A DNA stretch of 61,296 nt, counting the filler. It is 10 parts of 10 records of this genome, joined end to end, with 100 filler letters (N's around TTAATTAATTAA, not from the genome) between each part and the next. Parts side by side here need not be neighbours in the genome. Positions count along the whole stretch, not along the records: positions 10,375 to 14,248 come from SRR15195285_553; positions 14,349 to 25,992 come from SRR15195285_557; 8 more parts are not named here. The stretch is one strand, 5' to 3'. The position numbers were made by a program, and so were the translations under genes. The notes under the pieces were generated by a model, which ran no database searches, was not told where the DNA came from, and saw only the letters and a list, made by a program, of their open reading frames with translations. This document shows positions 10,375 to 21,500 of the stretch, piece after piece. How positions within the stretch are numbered: the stretch's first letter is position 1; each line of letters begins with the position of its first letter.

Positions 10375-13300
10375 CGGAGCCAGAGCCGGAGCCGGAGCCG
10401 GAGCTCGAAGATTCCTTTGAGGACGAGCTCGCGCGGTGCCAATTCGACACGTGCACTATCCACGTTGGCGGTCTCGGCGGTGAATTTGAGGACGAAGGCG
10501 CAATTGGCGAAGTGTTCACTAAGTACGGCAGGTTTATACAAGCTACAGTGCGACAGCGGCCCGGCATCAACAAAAGCTGGGCTCTTGTCACATTAGGTGA
10601 CAGACATGCGTGCGAGCGAGCGATAAACGAGACCACAACAGCTGGTGATGTCACCTTGGTTGTGAAACCTGTGAGCATGGAGCAGGCGATGGCGAGTACG
10701 GGGTCGTTTGGGCAGATCTGGCGCGTCGCCAAACAACGATCGGGTGAAAAGGTCGCAGAGATGCTCAAAGAGCACGCAGAAAGTGAGGAGGCAAATCGTT
10801 CAAAGATGAGGAAATTGTCGTCCCCATCCTCCCAGGCGGGGTCTGCCAAATCCGACGACAGTACCTCTCCTCCTGGTTCCACGACATCCAAGCCTAGTCA
10901 AATGACGCGATCGGGGCGTTTATCGAACACCTCCAGCCGCGGTCGTCGCGCTTCCAGTGATTCTCAAGGAGAGGCATCCGTCCGGTCACAGGCGACTACG
11001 AGCGCGCAACTGCTCAGTGTTGAGGAGGCGTTCGACATATATGACGAGAACAAGAACGGGGTGGCAGACATGGACGAGCTTCGTGCGATATTCAAGGCAC
11101 TCGGTCATCACCCGACCGACGAAGAGCTTCTGGAAATTCTGAATGGAGACGCAGAAGCGGAAGTGGGATTGGAGGTGGTGCAGGAAGCAATGCGTAAACG
11201 CGGTCATGGCAGGGAGTCTCCCAGAATCGGATCGCCAGGATGGCAGCGCTCGCGGACAGATAGCCACAAAGAGGCAAACAAGTTCTCTGGCGTTGGAGGA
11301 GGCGCCAAGCTGGACGTGCTACGCCAGCGCACGAAGGCTATAATGCTTGTGAACCGGCTGGGGATGAAAGGTGACGACGACTCCCCGGGCAGTGACGCTG
11401 GGAGCGCGAGAGGAAGTAGGCGCAGCAGCACAGCAAGTTCCCGCGGACTCTCGCGGCTTGAGGAGCAGTACGCTGGCATGGGCGGTAGCGAAGAAACTCG
11501 CGAAGCACTCGCGTTGGCGGAGGATGAGCTTTCTTCGCTGCAAACGATTCTCGATTCGCTTGACACCAACAAAAACACGGATGCAGACGAGTCGACCGCT
11601 GCAGCAGCCCAAGCTAGCTCTCAAAAGGCTCTGGGGCGGTTGCTGTCAGGCAAGATGAATCGAGATCTCCAGAACGCCAGTCCTTCCTCTAAGCGTGGAC
11701 CATCCCCGGATCCGCTGTCTGGAGAGCTTCTAGGTCGTGCAGTTCAGGATCTCTGCGAAGTGAAAGTCTTGCTGTCAGAAGCAGATGGGGACAAGGACAA
11801 TCTAGAAGCGCAGAAAGATGTGCTGGAAGCGCGCAACTACGAGCTTTAGCTGGACAAATCAAATCTCTACGCGACTGTCATCGAGACAAAACTCAACTTG
11901 GCGCAGGCGGAGCTAGAGCGACAGAAGTTGACCGTGAGCCTTAAGCGCGAGCGGCAACACCGTGACTTGCTTGGTCAACGTATTGCTGCCCTGGAGCTTC
12001 GTCTGGCTGCTGAAACAGCCAATCGGAAGGCAGCACCTGGTGCAGCGGATGGAGCTGATGGCGCAGGCGGTGAGCGAACGGGGGGTCCGAAGCAGCGCAG
12101 GAAAGCTGAGGTTGGGCTTCAGATGGATTTCGATGAAGAGGAAGAATTTCAAGCACCAGTCGTCCCCAAGAACGCCAAATCTCGCGAGTTTATCCGGCAG
12201 GCAGTTCGGCACGAGGACCTGTTCGCCCACCTCCAACCGGAACAGTGTAAGATGATTGTCGCAGCCATGGGTCGGGCTGAGTACTCTGAGGGGGATACTG
12301 TCATCAAGAAAGATGACGTGTCGAGTTACTTTTATGTCCTGGAAGCCGGACAGTGCACGGTGGAAACTAGTGACGGCGATGTCTTCGTACTCGCGCATGG
12401 CTCATCATTTGGAGAGTCCAGCATGTTGCACCAGACAATATCAACGAGAACCATTCGGGCGAGGACAAAGTGTCTGCTGTGGCGCCTGGAGCGGACAGTC
12501 TACCTTGGGATTGTTGTGCGCACGACTGCGCAAAGGAAGGCCAAGTACGAAAAACTCTTGGGCCGCGTCAGCCTGTTGCGGTCGATCACACCGATCGAAC
12601 GTGCCTTGGTGGCTGATTCACTCAAGTCTCACCACGTCAGGGCAGACGAAGTTGTCATGCGTATCGGCGATAAGGGGGAATACTTCTTCATCGTCGTCAA
12701 GGGTACGTTGGTTGTGATGGACAGTGTCGGCCGCCAACTGGCGCAGCGGGTGGAAGGCGAGTATTTTGGAGAAAAGGCGCTGCTCACAGATGAACCTCGG
12801 TCGGCCACCATCGCTGCTGTCACAGACTGCGAGCTTGCCCGCATCGACAAAAAGACATTCGTGCGGTTGATCGGTGCTGTCAAGGACCTAAACTTCCGCG
12901 AATATGCTGAAGGAGAGGAGGGTAAGGCTGACCGTCTGATACTCGAACAGGCTCAGCATACCCGGCAGAAGGTTGCAACACTGCCCGCATCTACTGAGAT
13001 TCGTAAACAGGACCAGAAGCTCGTCGCGTTCGAGACAGTGGGCCAGCTAGGACGGGGTGCATTCGGAGTGGTCTGCTTGGTGCGTTATCGCTTGAACAAC
13101 AAGTGCTATGCCGTCAAGGCAATCAACAAGCGCATGATCGTGCAGAAGAAGCACGTCACGAAGGTTATCAGCGAACGCGAGAACCTTGTCCTGTGCTCCT
13201 GTGACCCAGCAGCATCCAAGTGGACAGTGCCACTGCACGCTGCTTTCCAAGACGAGCGGAATCTTTACCTGATGATGGACTTCATGCCCGGCGGCGAACT

Positions 13301-14248
13301 CTTCTCGCTAATGCCGCTCAAGCTGCGTGAAGTTCGATTGGTCGCAGCACAAGTTGCCTTGGCGTTAATCGCGATTCACAACCTCGGGGTGATCCACCGT
13401 GATCTCAAACCTGAAAATCTTTTGATCAATCGCGAGGGGCACGTCAAGATCGGTGACTTCGGGTTGTCCAAGCGTGTGGTTGACCGCACCTTCACCTTCT
13501 GTGGCACGCCGGACTACATGGCACCGGAGGTGATCCAGAACCTTGGCCACAACAAAGCTGTTGACTACTGGGCGCTTGGCTGCCTTATCTACGAGATGTT
13601 TGTTGGCGACGCTCCGTTCTACCGACCCGGTGCCGAGAGCAAGGTTTTCGAGAGGATTCTCCGTCCCAAGGTGCGTTTGGTCAAACGAACCCTTAAGAAG
13701 CTCACCTCACCTTGGCGCTGTTCATCCTCCTCGTCCTCTGCTGTTCTGGGCGGCCTGTTTTGGCCCGATCCGGCTTTTGTTGCTGCACATGTGGGGTGTG
13801 CCTGGCCGACCGCTTTGACTTGTCGTGCGGCGCTCCATCTGATTTAATGTCGTTCTGGTGCTCACTGCTGTTGCAACTGTCCTGCTGCTGTTGTCCTTGG
13901 GTGATATCGTGCCTGCTACCGCCTCTTGCATGCTACCTCTTGCCGCGCCTGTTGCTCGTTTCCGTGTCTGTTGCTCGTTTCTGCGTCCATTGCGTATTTC
14001 CGCGTCCACCGTGCCTACATATGTGGGTTGCAAACTGGTATTGTGCACGGATACAGAACGTGAGAACACTCGACAGACCTCTGTCTTGGTCATCTGCTAG
14101 CCTCGGCCCTTGCTTTCCTGCGCCTGGTCGCATCGTGGGTCGGTCGACACGACTGAGATGGCTTCGCATGTTTCGGGTGTTTCGCAGATCTCGTGCCCGC
14201 CGGCGGTGCCGAAGCTGGCAGCGAATCTGATCGGCAGGTTGTTGGAAA
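10375..14248 (+). CDS. cGMP-dependent-kinase-like multidomain protein: RRM-like, EF-hand, coiled coil, two cNMP-binding domains and an AGC Ser/Thr kinase; truncated at both ends; one in-frame TAG at 11847-11849
   Basis: One reading frame runs from 10377 to 13670. Motifs: TIHVGGL..SWALVTL (RRM-like), DENKNGVADMDE (EF-hand), FGEKALL..PRSATI (cNMP), GRGAFG, YAVK, HRDLKPEN, DFG and TFCGTPDYMAPE. An intron at 13671-14187 is followed by ISCPPAVPKLAANLIGRLLE. Confidence 0.88.
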
Positions 14249-14348
14249 NNNNNNNNNNNNNNNNNNNNNNNNNNNNNNNNNNNNNNNNNNNNTTAATTAA
14301 TTAANNNNNNNNNNNNNNNNNNNNNNNNNNNNNNNNNNNNNNNNNNNN
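14249..14348. other. Artificial contig linker
   Basis: 44N-TTAATTAATTAA-44N. Confidence 0.99.
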
Positions 14349-14658
14349 TTTTAATCTGGGCACTGTGCTTGGTACTACGCTCAGTCATCGCCGGTGTTTT
14401 AACAGGGACGTGCGGCGGGACGACCAACGCGCCGATCCTACATTGCCTTCGTGGCGTCCTGGACACTTCGTGGATCTCCCGAGCTGCGCCCTGGCTGTCC
14501 AGCACATGGCTGCGTGAAGGAGGTGAAGGAGGTGGGCCACAGTCAGTCAGCAGCAGCAGCAGCAGCAGTAGATCAGCAGCTGTGCATGTACAAGTGAGGC
14601 TCATACAGCTCCATAATAACATCCCATCCGCAGCAGCACCTTCAGTGAGGCTGGGTGT

Positions 14659-15426
14659 ATGGTGGCGCGGCAAATGCTCAAGCTGGTCACCTTCGACCCA
14701 ACTGGCACTCTGTTCCGTCCAGCAATGGAAGTTGGTGTGGCGTACCTCGCGGTGGTCGCCAAACATCAGCAGCGCCTTGGTGGGCCGCCACTCCCCAGCC
14801 CTTGCGAAGTCTCCAAGGCTTTCCACGACTCCTACCGGCTACAGATGCTCAAGAACCCGTGCTTCGGCCACGACGACGGGCTGTCCAATCGAGACTGGTG
14901 GGAGGCAACTGTCCGGTCTACCTTTCTGCACACAGGCATGCTGCCGTATTTTTACGACTCATTCGATGAGATCTATGGTGAGGCTTTCGACGGAAGCAAG
15001 GAGGGCGGTTTCTGGGCACGGAACAGTGGAGCTGTGGAGTGCCTGGCCTCACTGGCAGGCCGCGGGGCGACCATCGGTGTCATTTCCAATAGCGATGTGC
15101 GCTACCATGACATCCTGCACAATCTTGGCCTACGCCCGCACCTCGACTTTGTGCACGTTTCCGGTGAAACTGGGTGGGCCAAGCCGGATCCGATGGCCTT
15201 CGGAGAAGCGCTGCTGGCTGCAGGACGGGTGCGTGGGGAGACAGTGGCTGCCGAGCATGCTGTTCACGTAGGCGTGTCGGCATCGAATGATGTACTTGGA
15301 GCGCTGGACGCGGGCTGGTCAGCGGTCTACTGCGGGGACGCGAACATGGAAATCGATGAGGTGTTGTCCCTACCGCGCGACCAGATTGCGAGGCTTGCGG
15401 ACAAGCTATCTCCGAGGCTGAGCTAA
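14659..15426 (+). CDS. HDHD3: HAD-superfamily hydrolase, HDHD3/REG-2-like
   Basis: LVTFDPTGTLF (motif I), GVISNSD (II), KPDP (III) and HVGVSASNDVLGA (IV), plus the cap motif P.FG...GL....WW. Confidence 0.8.
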   Translation: MVARQMLKLVTFDPTGTLFRPAMEVGVAYLAVVAKHQQRLGGPPLPSPCEVSKAFHDSYRLQMLKNPCFGHDDGLSNRDWWEATVRSTFLHTGMLPYFYDSFDEIYGEAFDGSKEGGFWARNSGAVECLASLAGRGATIGVISNSDVRYHDILHNLGLRPHLDFVHVSGETGWAKPDPMAFGEALLAAGRVRGETVAAEHAVHVGVSASNDVLGALDAGWSAVYCGDANMEIDEVLSLPRDQIARLADKLSPRLS

Positions 15427-15570
15427 AGGAGTTTTCCCAACAGCTCTGGGTTGGTAGCCCAATGAAGAGAATTGCTTATTCTGTGACCTCACCCGGTGAA
15501 AGTACCGCCTACCCGACGCGTCTTGCATGGTTACCACAAGTCATGACACAGCCAAGCGCGTTCTAGCAAA

Positions 15571-18500
15571 TCAGGAGATTGTTGTCTTCCGCGTCATGAA
15601 CGCTTTGCGCTCCTTCCAATGGAGTGTGTCCTGCACTTCTTGCTCTGACGCCAATCTGTCGTGATTTTGCTCAAACTTTTGCTTCATGGCCGTGGCTGTG
15701 AGCAAGCTTTGCAGTCCAGAGAGCGTCTCTCCACGCTTTGGCTTACGATACGGCTTGCCAAAACGATCCTCCCACATCTCTGAGAGAAGCAGCCAACATT
15801 GTCCCCCGAGCTGGCTCGCCGAAGCCTCCGACGCTGGAGAGCCGACGCACTCCCACACCATGCGTGCGCGCTCAATCAGTGGTTCACCAGGCTGTGGATG
15901 CAGTGGGTACGGCTCAAGGTCATCTGCGTCTTGAGGGCGTCGGCCGAGACGCTGTAGATATGGACCGTCATCTCCGACTGCCGGAAACGCAGCTGGCGGA
16001 CAGATGCAGTCAATCCTGCCAGCCTCGCTCAGCATCTCCTGCAGCTGTTCTCGATTGTCGTCGACAACTGCCTGAAACATTATTCGTGTTGCTAAGTACT
16101 CAGCACAGTGCATCTTTCGATCTTTGTAAGCAGCCTCATAAAGGCTCAAGCCATGATGGTTTCGGGCGTTTGCCAGCCGTTCATGGCCTGGGGGAATTGG
16201 CGACCTGTCTAGCAGAACAGCGTCCGCGGGTGCGACTGGCTGCGAAATGAGCAATGCCAGAATTGCTGTATCGTCTGCTTGGATTGCACCAAACAGTGTA
16301 GTGGCGGTGGCTTCATCTACGAGCTTAGTCAGGTCATCGACTGCTATCGTTCGCGAGACTCTCTCACCGTCCAGTAGAACCTCAGCAATTTCTCGCCCAA
16401 GATGATCCACTGTCCCGGTCAGCTGAACGATTCTGCCAAGTTTGCCAACCAGTGCGTGTTCTCCCGTGAGGTCCGCCGCCCTCCTAATCTTGATCCGATC
16501 TCTTGGGTTGAACCATTCAACCAAGCCTTCAGCACAACGCAACAACGTTGTGACATGGTCACTGCCACGGAGTGACTGTTCGTGGTTCTGCAGGATGAGT
16601 TCGATCACGCTACCCGATGGGTCCATACTCAAGGTATCTTGACTAATCGAATCAATCGCTAACTTGTCAATCTGATACGTCAACAAAGCCTCATTGCATA
16701 GTTCAGAGAATGACAAGCCATCAAGGTGCATTCTGAGCGTATCCAACGGGTCTACCGATCGCAGATTCTCACTGGAGCTGGAAGCATCCATGAGTGTCAC
16801 CCAGCCCTTTCCGTCATGCAACTTCAAGCGGACAGCCCCTTCGTCAGTACACTGGTACTTCTGCACCTCTACTAGTGCGCCAGGTTTCAGCTTGCCGCAT
16901 CGCTGAGATTTGGCATACACCTTAGATTGCGCTGCTTCCGCTTCATAATACCTCAGGCTCTTCGTGATCCAAAGTGGTGAAGCCGCACAGACTTTAAATG
17001 GATAAGACGTGGCATCGTTAGACAAGTATTCCAGTTGGACCGTTCCGTCAGGCCTGGTAAGATCTAGATAGACATGCTCCCTGGAAAAGAGCGCGCCATT
17101 CGTTTCGATTCCGACAACACCCGACAAAAGCTGTGCACGAGCTGTAGCTACCACCGACTCTCCTACAGGCAAATGCCCGGCCGGCAGGGGGGCTGATTCT
17201 GGACTCATCTCGGTACGAAGTTCTGCAACTTGAAGCACCTTGTAGCGGTACACGTCCTGACGCTTTTTCTTGCGCATCATCGTCCGTTGCTCCTGCCTCT
17301 CCAGCCCTGTGATCCCTCCATTTGCAGACGAGCCATCTTCCTGCAAGATGTCCACCAATTCTTGTTCTCCATCAGAGTCTTGCATTTCCGACAACGGGTT
17401 AGAGAACTTCACCGGCGACTGTCCTTCCTCGTCAAATATCCCCGCTGGCTGTTTCATGGTCTTCCGCTTTTCCTTCTTTTTCTTCTTTTTCTTCTTTTTC
17501 TTAGTACGCGTTTTTTTGCCATTATGCTCGTGCTCCATGGCAGTCGGATTGGCAGTCGGATCGATGGCAGTTGGATCCATTGCCACTTCGTGCTCCGACA
17601 ACGGCGATTGCCGTTCATCGTCAAATGAGCCCGATCCTGATGCTCCAGGCAGCACTGGGCTACCAGTCCGTCTGCTTGTCTCGACATCAAAGGAGACGCT
17701 TTCTTCCGACTCAAACGAACTGGTTTCAGCAGCGTCTTCAAATATGTTCTCTATGGGGTTAACAAACTTGGTGGTAGTCAGATCGACAGCATTTTCGTCA
17801 TGCCTCTGTGCCTTCTTCTTCCGTTTCCACCACTGCCTTCTAGACGGCTTCTTGGTTTCTACAACAGTCTCCGATGCTTGTGCATTAGTGAGCTCTTCCA
17901 ATTTGATGCCGACGGCTTCCGCAGACATCTCTACAAATTCGACGTAGTTGACGATTTGAGCAACTTCGTCTTGGGCACCATCTATTTGAACTGCCGAAAG
18001 AAGTGCAGCGAACTGCACTGGCGAAAAAGACAATCCGAAACTCCGTATAACTGAACGAAAGTCTTCTGCAGAAATGGTGCCAACGACCTCGGGGTCGAAT
18101 GCACGGAACTCAGCTATCAGCTCGTCCTCGGTCATGGAATTCAACTTGTTCAGTTCATAGATAATGATGTCCACCGCAACTTCGCTTTGTATCTGTGGGA
18201 CTGCTTTGATCTGTGGGGCTGGTTTAAAATCGTCATCTTCCGACTCGATAGTGTTGTCATCGGTGAAACGAATGATGCCGAGTCGGCGTTTGTTTTGCCG
18301 TTTATCAACGACAGTTTGTAGCCTGTCAAACGCATCTGCCACAACGTGCTCTGGAGTGATGCGATTGACATTGATGACGGAGTCAAGCGTCAAGAAAGCT
18401 GCCACCCCAACAGCGCAGTCCCAAGCATGCTTGGAGGCTGAGAGGCCGACCGGGTTGCCTTCTTTCAAGTCAAACTTCTCGTCTGCTTCGGGGTCCGCTT

Positions 18501-21500
18501 GTCCTTGTGTGATGTCTTTGCTTTGCAGTTTGTCTACAGTTTCGGTTAACGTGAAGTCGGAGCCTCCTCGTTTCTGTACCATCCGTGCTTTTTTCGTAGC
18601 AGCCGCTCGTCGCTTACACTCACACCATGGGTTCGGCAGTGTACAGCTATTGCATCTTCCTTGACGACCTTCTTCATAGTCTATTCCCTCTACCAGGCGT
18701 GCTTTCCGGTTTCCAGTGGTTCTGTCCCAAAACGTACCTGGCAAGGCGCGTGCACCGGATTCGTCTACCGCTCCTCTGGAGATGAACGATCGTGCATATA
18801 CTTGCAATACTCTGGCTGCATGATTCTCGTGCGCTTGTATTAGCAATGCACTCTTGCCCACTTCATCCGCAAGGGTCAGACATGAGCTGCTGAACCTGAC
18901 ATGGCAGAGAGCCAGCAAAAGGTCGAAAAACGGCACTCGAATATCCGCTCTGCCAACTTCACAGTCCAACACATCGTCCCGCGTGTATGTCCCAGGTGCC
19001 TTGCCTTCAGGATGGAGCTCGAACAGGATTCGGTTGAAGAAGTGAGGATCAGCCTGTGACATCATCGAAAATGTACCCATACCAGGCTGTCGGATGAACC
19101 AGCGTACTCGTGCTAGACTGATATCGTCATGAATGCTGTGCAGAGATCCCTTTGGTCCAGCCGACCTAACCCAGCGGCGCTTGAAAAGCTCAATATCCAT
19201 ATCAGACACAGCCATGTCTTCTGAGCCCATGAGGTCAAAGTTGTCAAGGAGCAGTGCAATGAACAGATTGGTCAACAGGAGGTTCGCAGTGAACCAAAAG
19301 CAGGCAAAAAAGACCAGTACATGAGAGCCTTTCATGCGCGCGCATTCTTCATTGATACGCATCATGGACTGCCCAGTACACAGCTGGAACAGTACTATCA
19401 TTGCTGAGGGCACTGTTTCGAAGTTGGCATCAGCAGTGATGTCTCGACCACGGGGAACATCTCCACACAGCTCATGTGCGTAGCAGCCGAAGATGAAGAA
19501 CATCACCAGCATGATGCTGCACAGGTTTACCACTTGCGGTAACGCTAACGTGACCATAAAATGAATTTTTTGAATCGCATGGACGCGCTTCACAACGGAG
19601 ACCAATCGTAGAGCCCGGACGAATTCCAGAGCTTTCAGCTGTGGCCAACCCAGACCCGTAATTTGGTGTAGTGTTGTTATCCAGAGTGAGACTAATACGA
19701 CAGCATCTACTTTGAAGTCGCGCGCGTAAATGTCAGCTCCATAACCACAGATCGTGCAGCCAGCCTCTACGGTGAACACAACCAGCACGTACTGATCAAG
19801 CATACGCAGAACCTCTGCCATCATGCCTGATGGGTCCATCGACAGAGTAGCTTGCTGCCCAATCATCGACACGATGCCTGATAATATCGTCAAATCTACT
19901 ACCAGTATAAATTTGCGCGACTGTACGACGGAATAACAAAAGTATGCTGCCCCGCCAAACTTTTCCTTTTCGGGCGGAGGTATCAGTTCCATCCGTAGAG
20001 ACTCCATGACAAACATACTCATGAACTGCCAATTGCGTTGCTCAGTGGTCATCAGAGAGCTCCCAGATGCTTGTGCAAAGAATTCACACAGCATACCTGT
20101 AAACAAGTTAGTGAGCATGAGGCTGTTCCACACGATGAAACTAGCGAAGAAACAAAACGACCCAATCGCGCTGAAGTCTTTGCTTGGTGGTTGATCCACG
20201 TACGTTGTGTCAATAGTCCAGAACCACATCTCAGTCCAACCCTGAAGTGTCCATACGGAGAATAGAGAATTTGATGCTTCCACAATGTTGTCCCAATGAA
20301 AAGGTCGATTTTCCCAAGACAGACCGGCTGCCTCGCACTCATTTCGATTCAGCAGCTCTGCAGCACTGCACCTCCATAAAAGCCCCTTGAAAAGGTTCAT
20401 CCCAATTATTCCGAACGTCAAGAATGAGCCGGCCATCAGAACGAGTGCAGTCCATACTGCGGTCAGCGAAGCCAAGAATGACTTCACCATGAGTCGAAAT
20501 CTGCGAACCATATAGAGAATGCGAACGGTTTGCAGTGGCAGAACAAAGCGTGCATACGGGACACCCATGGCTGTTGAGATCTGCGTTGCGAGCACTGCCA
20601 GCTCAAATGCTGTGCTCGGGCTGGGCCATTCGTCTTCATCCGGCCCACCTAAGAAGCGGTAGGCTACGATTTTGACTAACGCCTCCGCACTTAATATGCA
20701 CAGCACGAAACCACGAATCAACAGCGCAAATTGTGACTGGCTTTCGCTTGAGTTTCTCTGGTCTCCTCTGAGCGCAGTGTCCACTGCGCTTAGCAACACC
20801 ACCACCAGCATACAACCACGGAATGCTCGAGTGCCTGCAATGTACTTCCAAAACGTACGTTTTTTCCATCCACCGCCGCTGCATGCTGGTCTGACACCAA
20901 CCGCACTCGCATTCTGAAATCGTTGTCGCCTCACTCCCTCATTCGGAGAACATCGGCACAGTAGGTCTGCGCCCGGGCATTTTCTAAGCGTTCTTTTAAC
21001 CGATCGCATGGGCGTAGTATCCATGGTGCGCCGGGTAACCCTCTGAGTGAGTCTAGCGCCTCGCATGAATTCGTCCAACGTTCTGTTCTTCAGAACATTC
21101 ACGGTCCCAGTCTCTGAGAGCATCGATTCAACTCCACGTATGCCGCTTTGCAGTGTATTGACCCATTCCTTCGGGCCCGGTGAATCTTGAGCCATCGCCT
21201 GGATGTATAGCCCAACCTGAATATCGCGTTTTTGCTCGTCATCTAGTTCGAAATTCTCCATGAAGATGGCCACGAACAGGTTTCCTAGGACGAAGGTACA
21301 GCAGAATGCAATAAATGCGAAGTAGTAAACCGCAACATCTCCAGCGCAGTCCATCTGCTGGAACATTAGGTCTGTCCAGCCGTCCCCTGTCATGACTTGG
21401 AACGAGACTAAGAATGCTTGCCAGAAAGTATCGAAATTCGGCTGGTGACGTGGTCTCTCCAGCGCCACTACGCCGCTAGAGCAACCGTGAAAGAGGTGCA

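Noticed and set aside
11847-11849. Genome-wide TAG-to-Gln reassignment
   Set aside because: TAG appears to be the real terminator of the 5-phosphatase, SPEF1, the second MFS, the cNMP protein and the last receptor. No other long ORF here needs an internal TAG.
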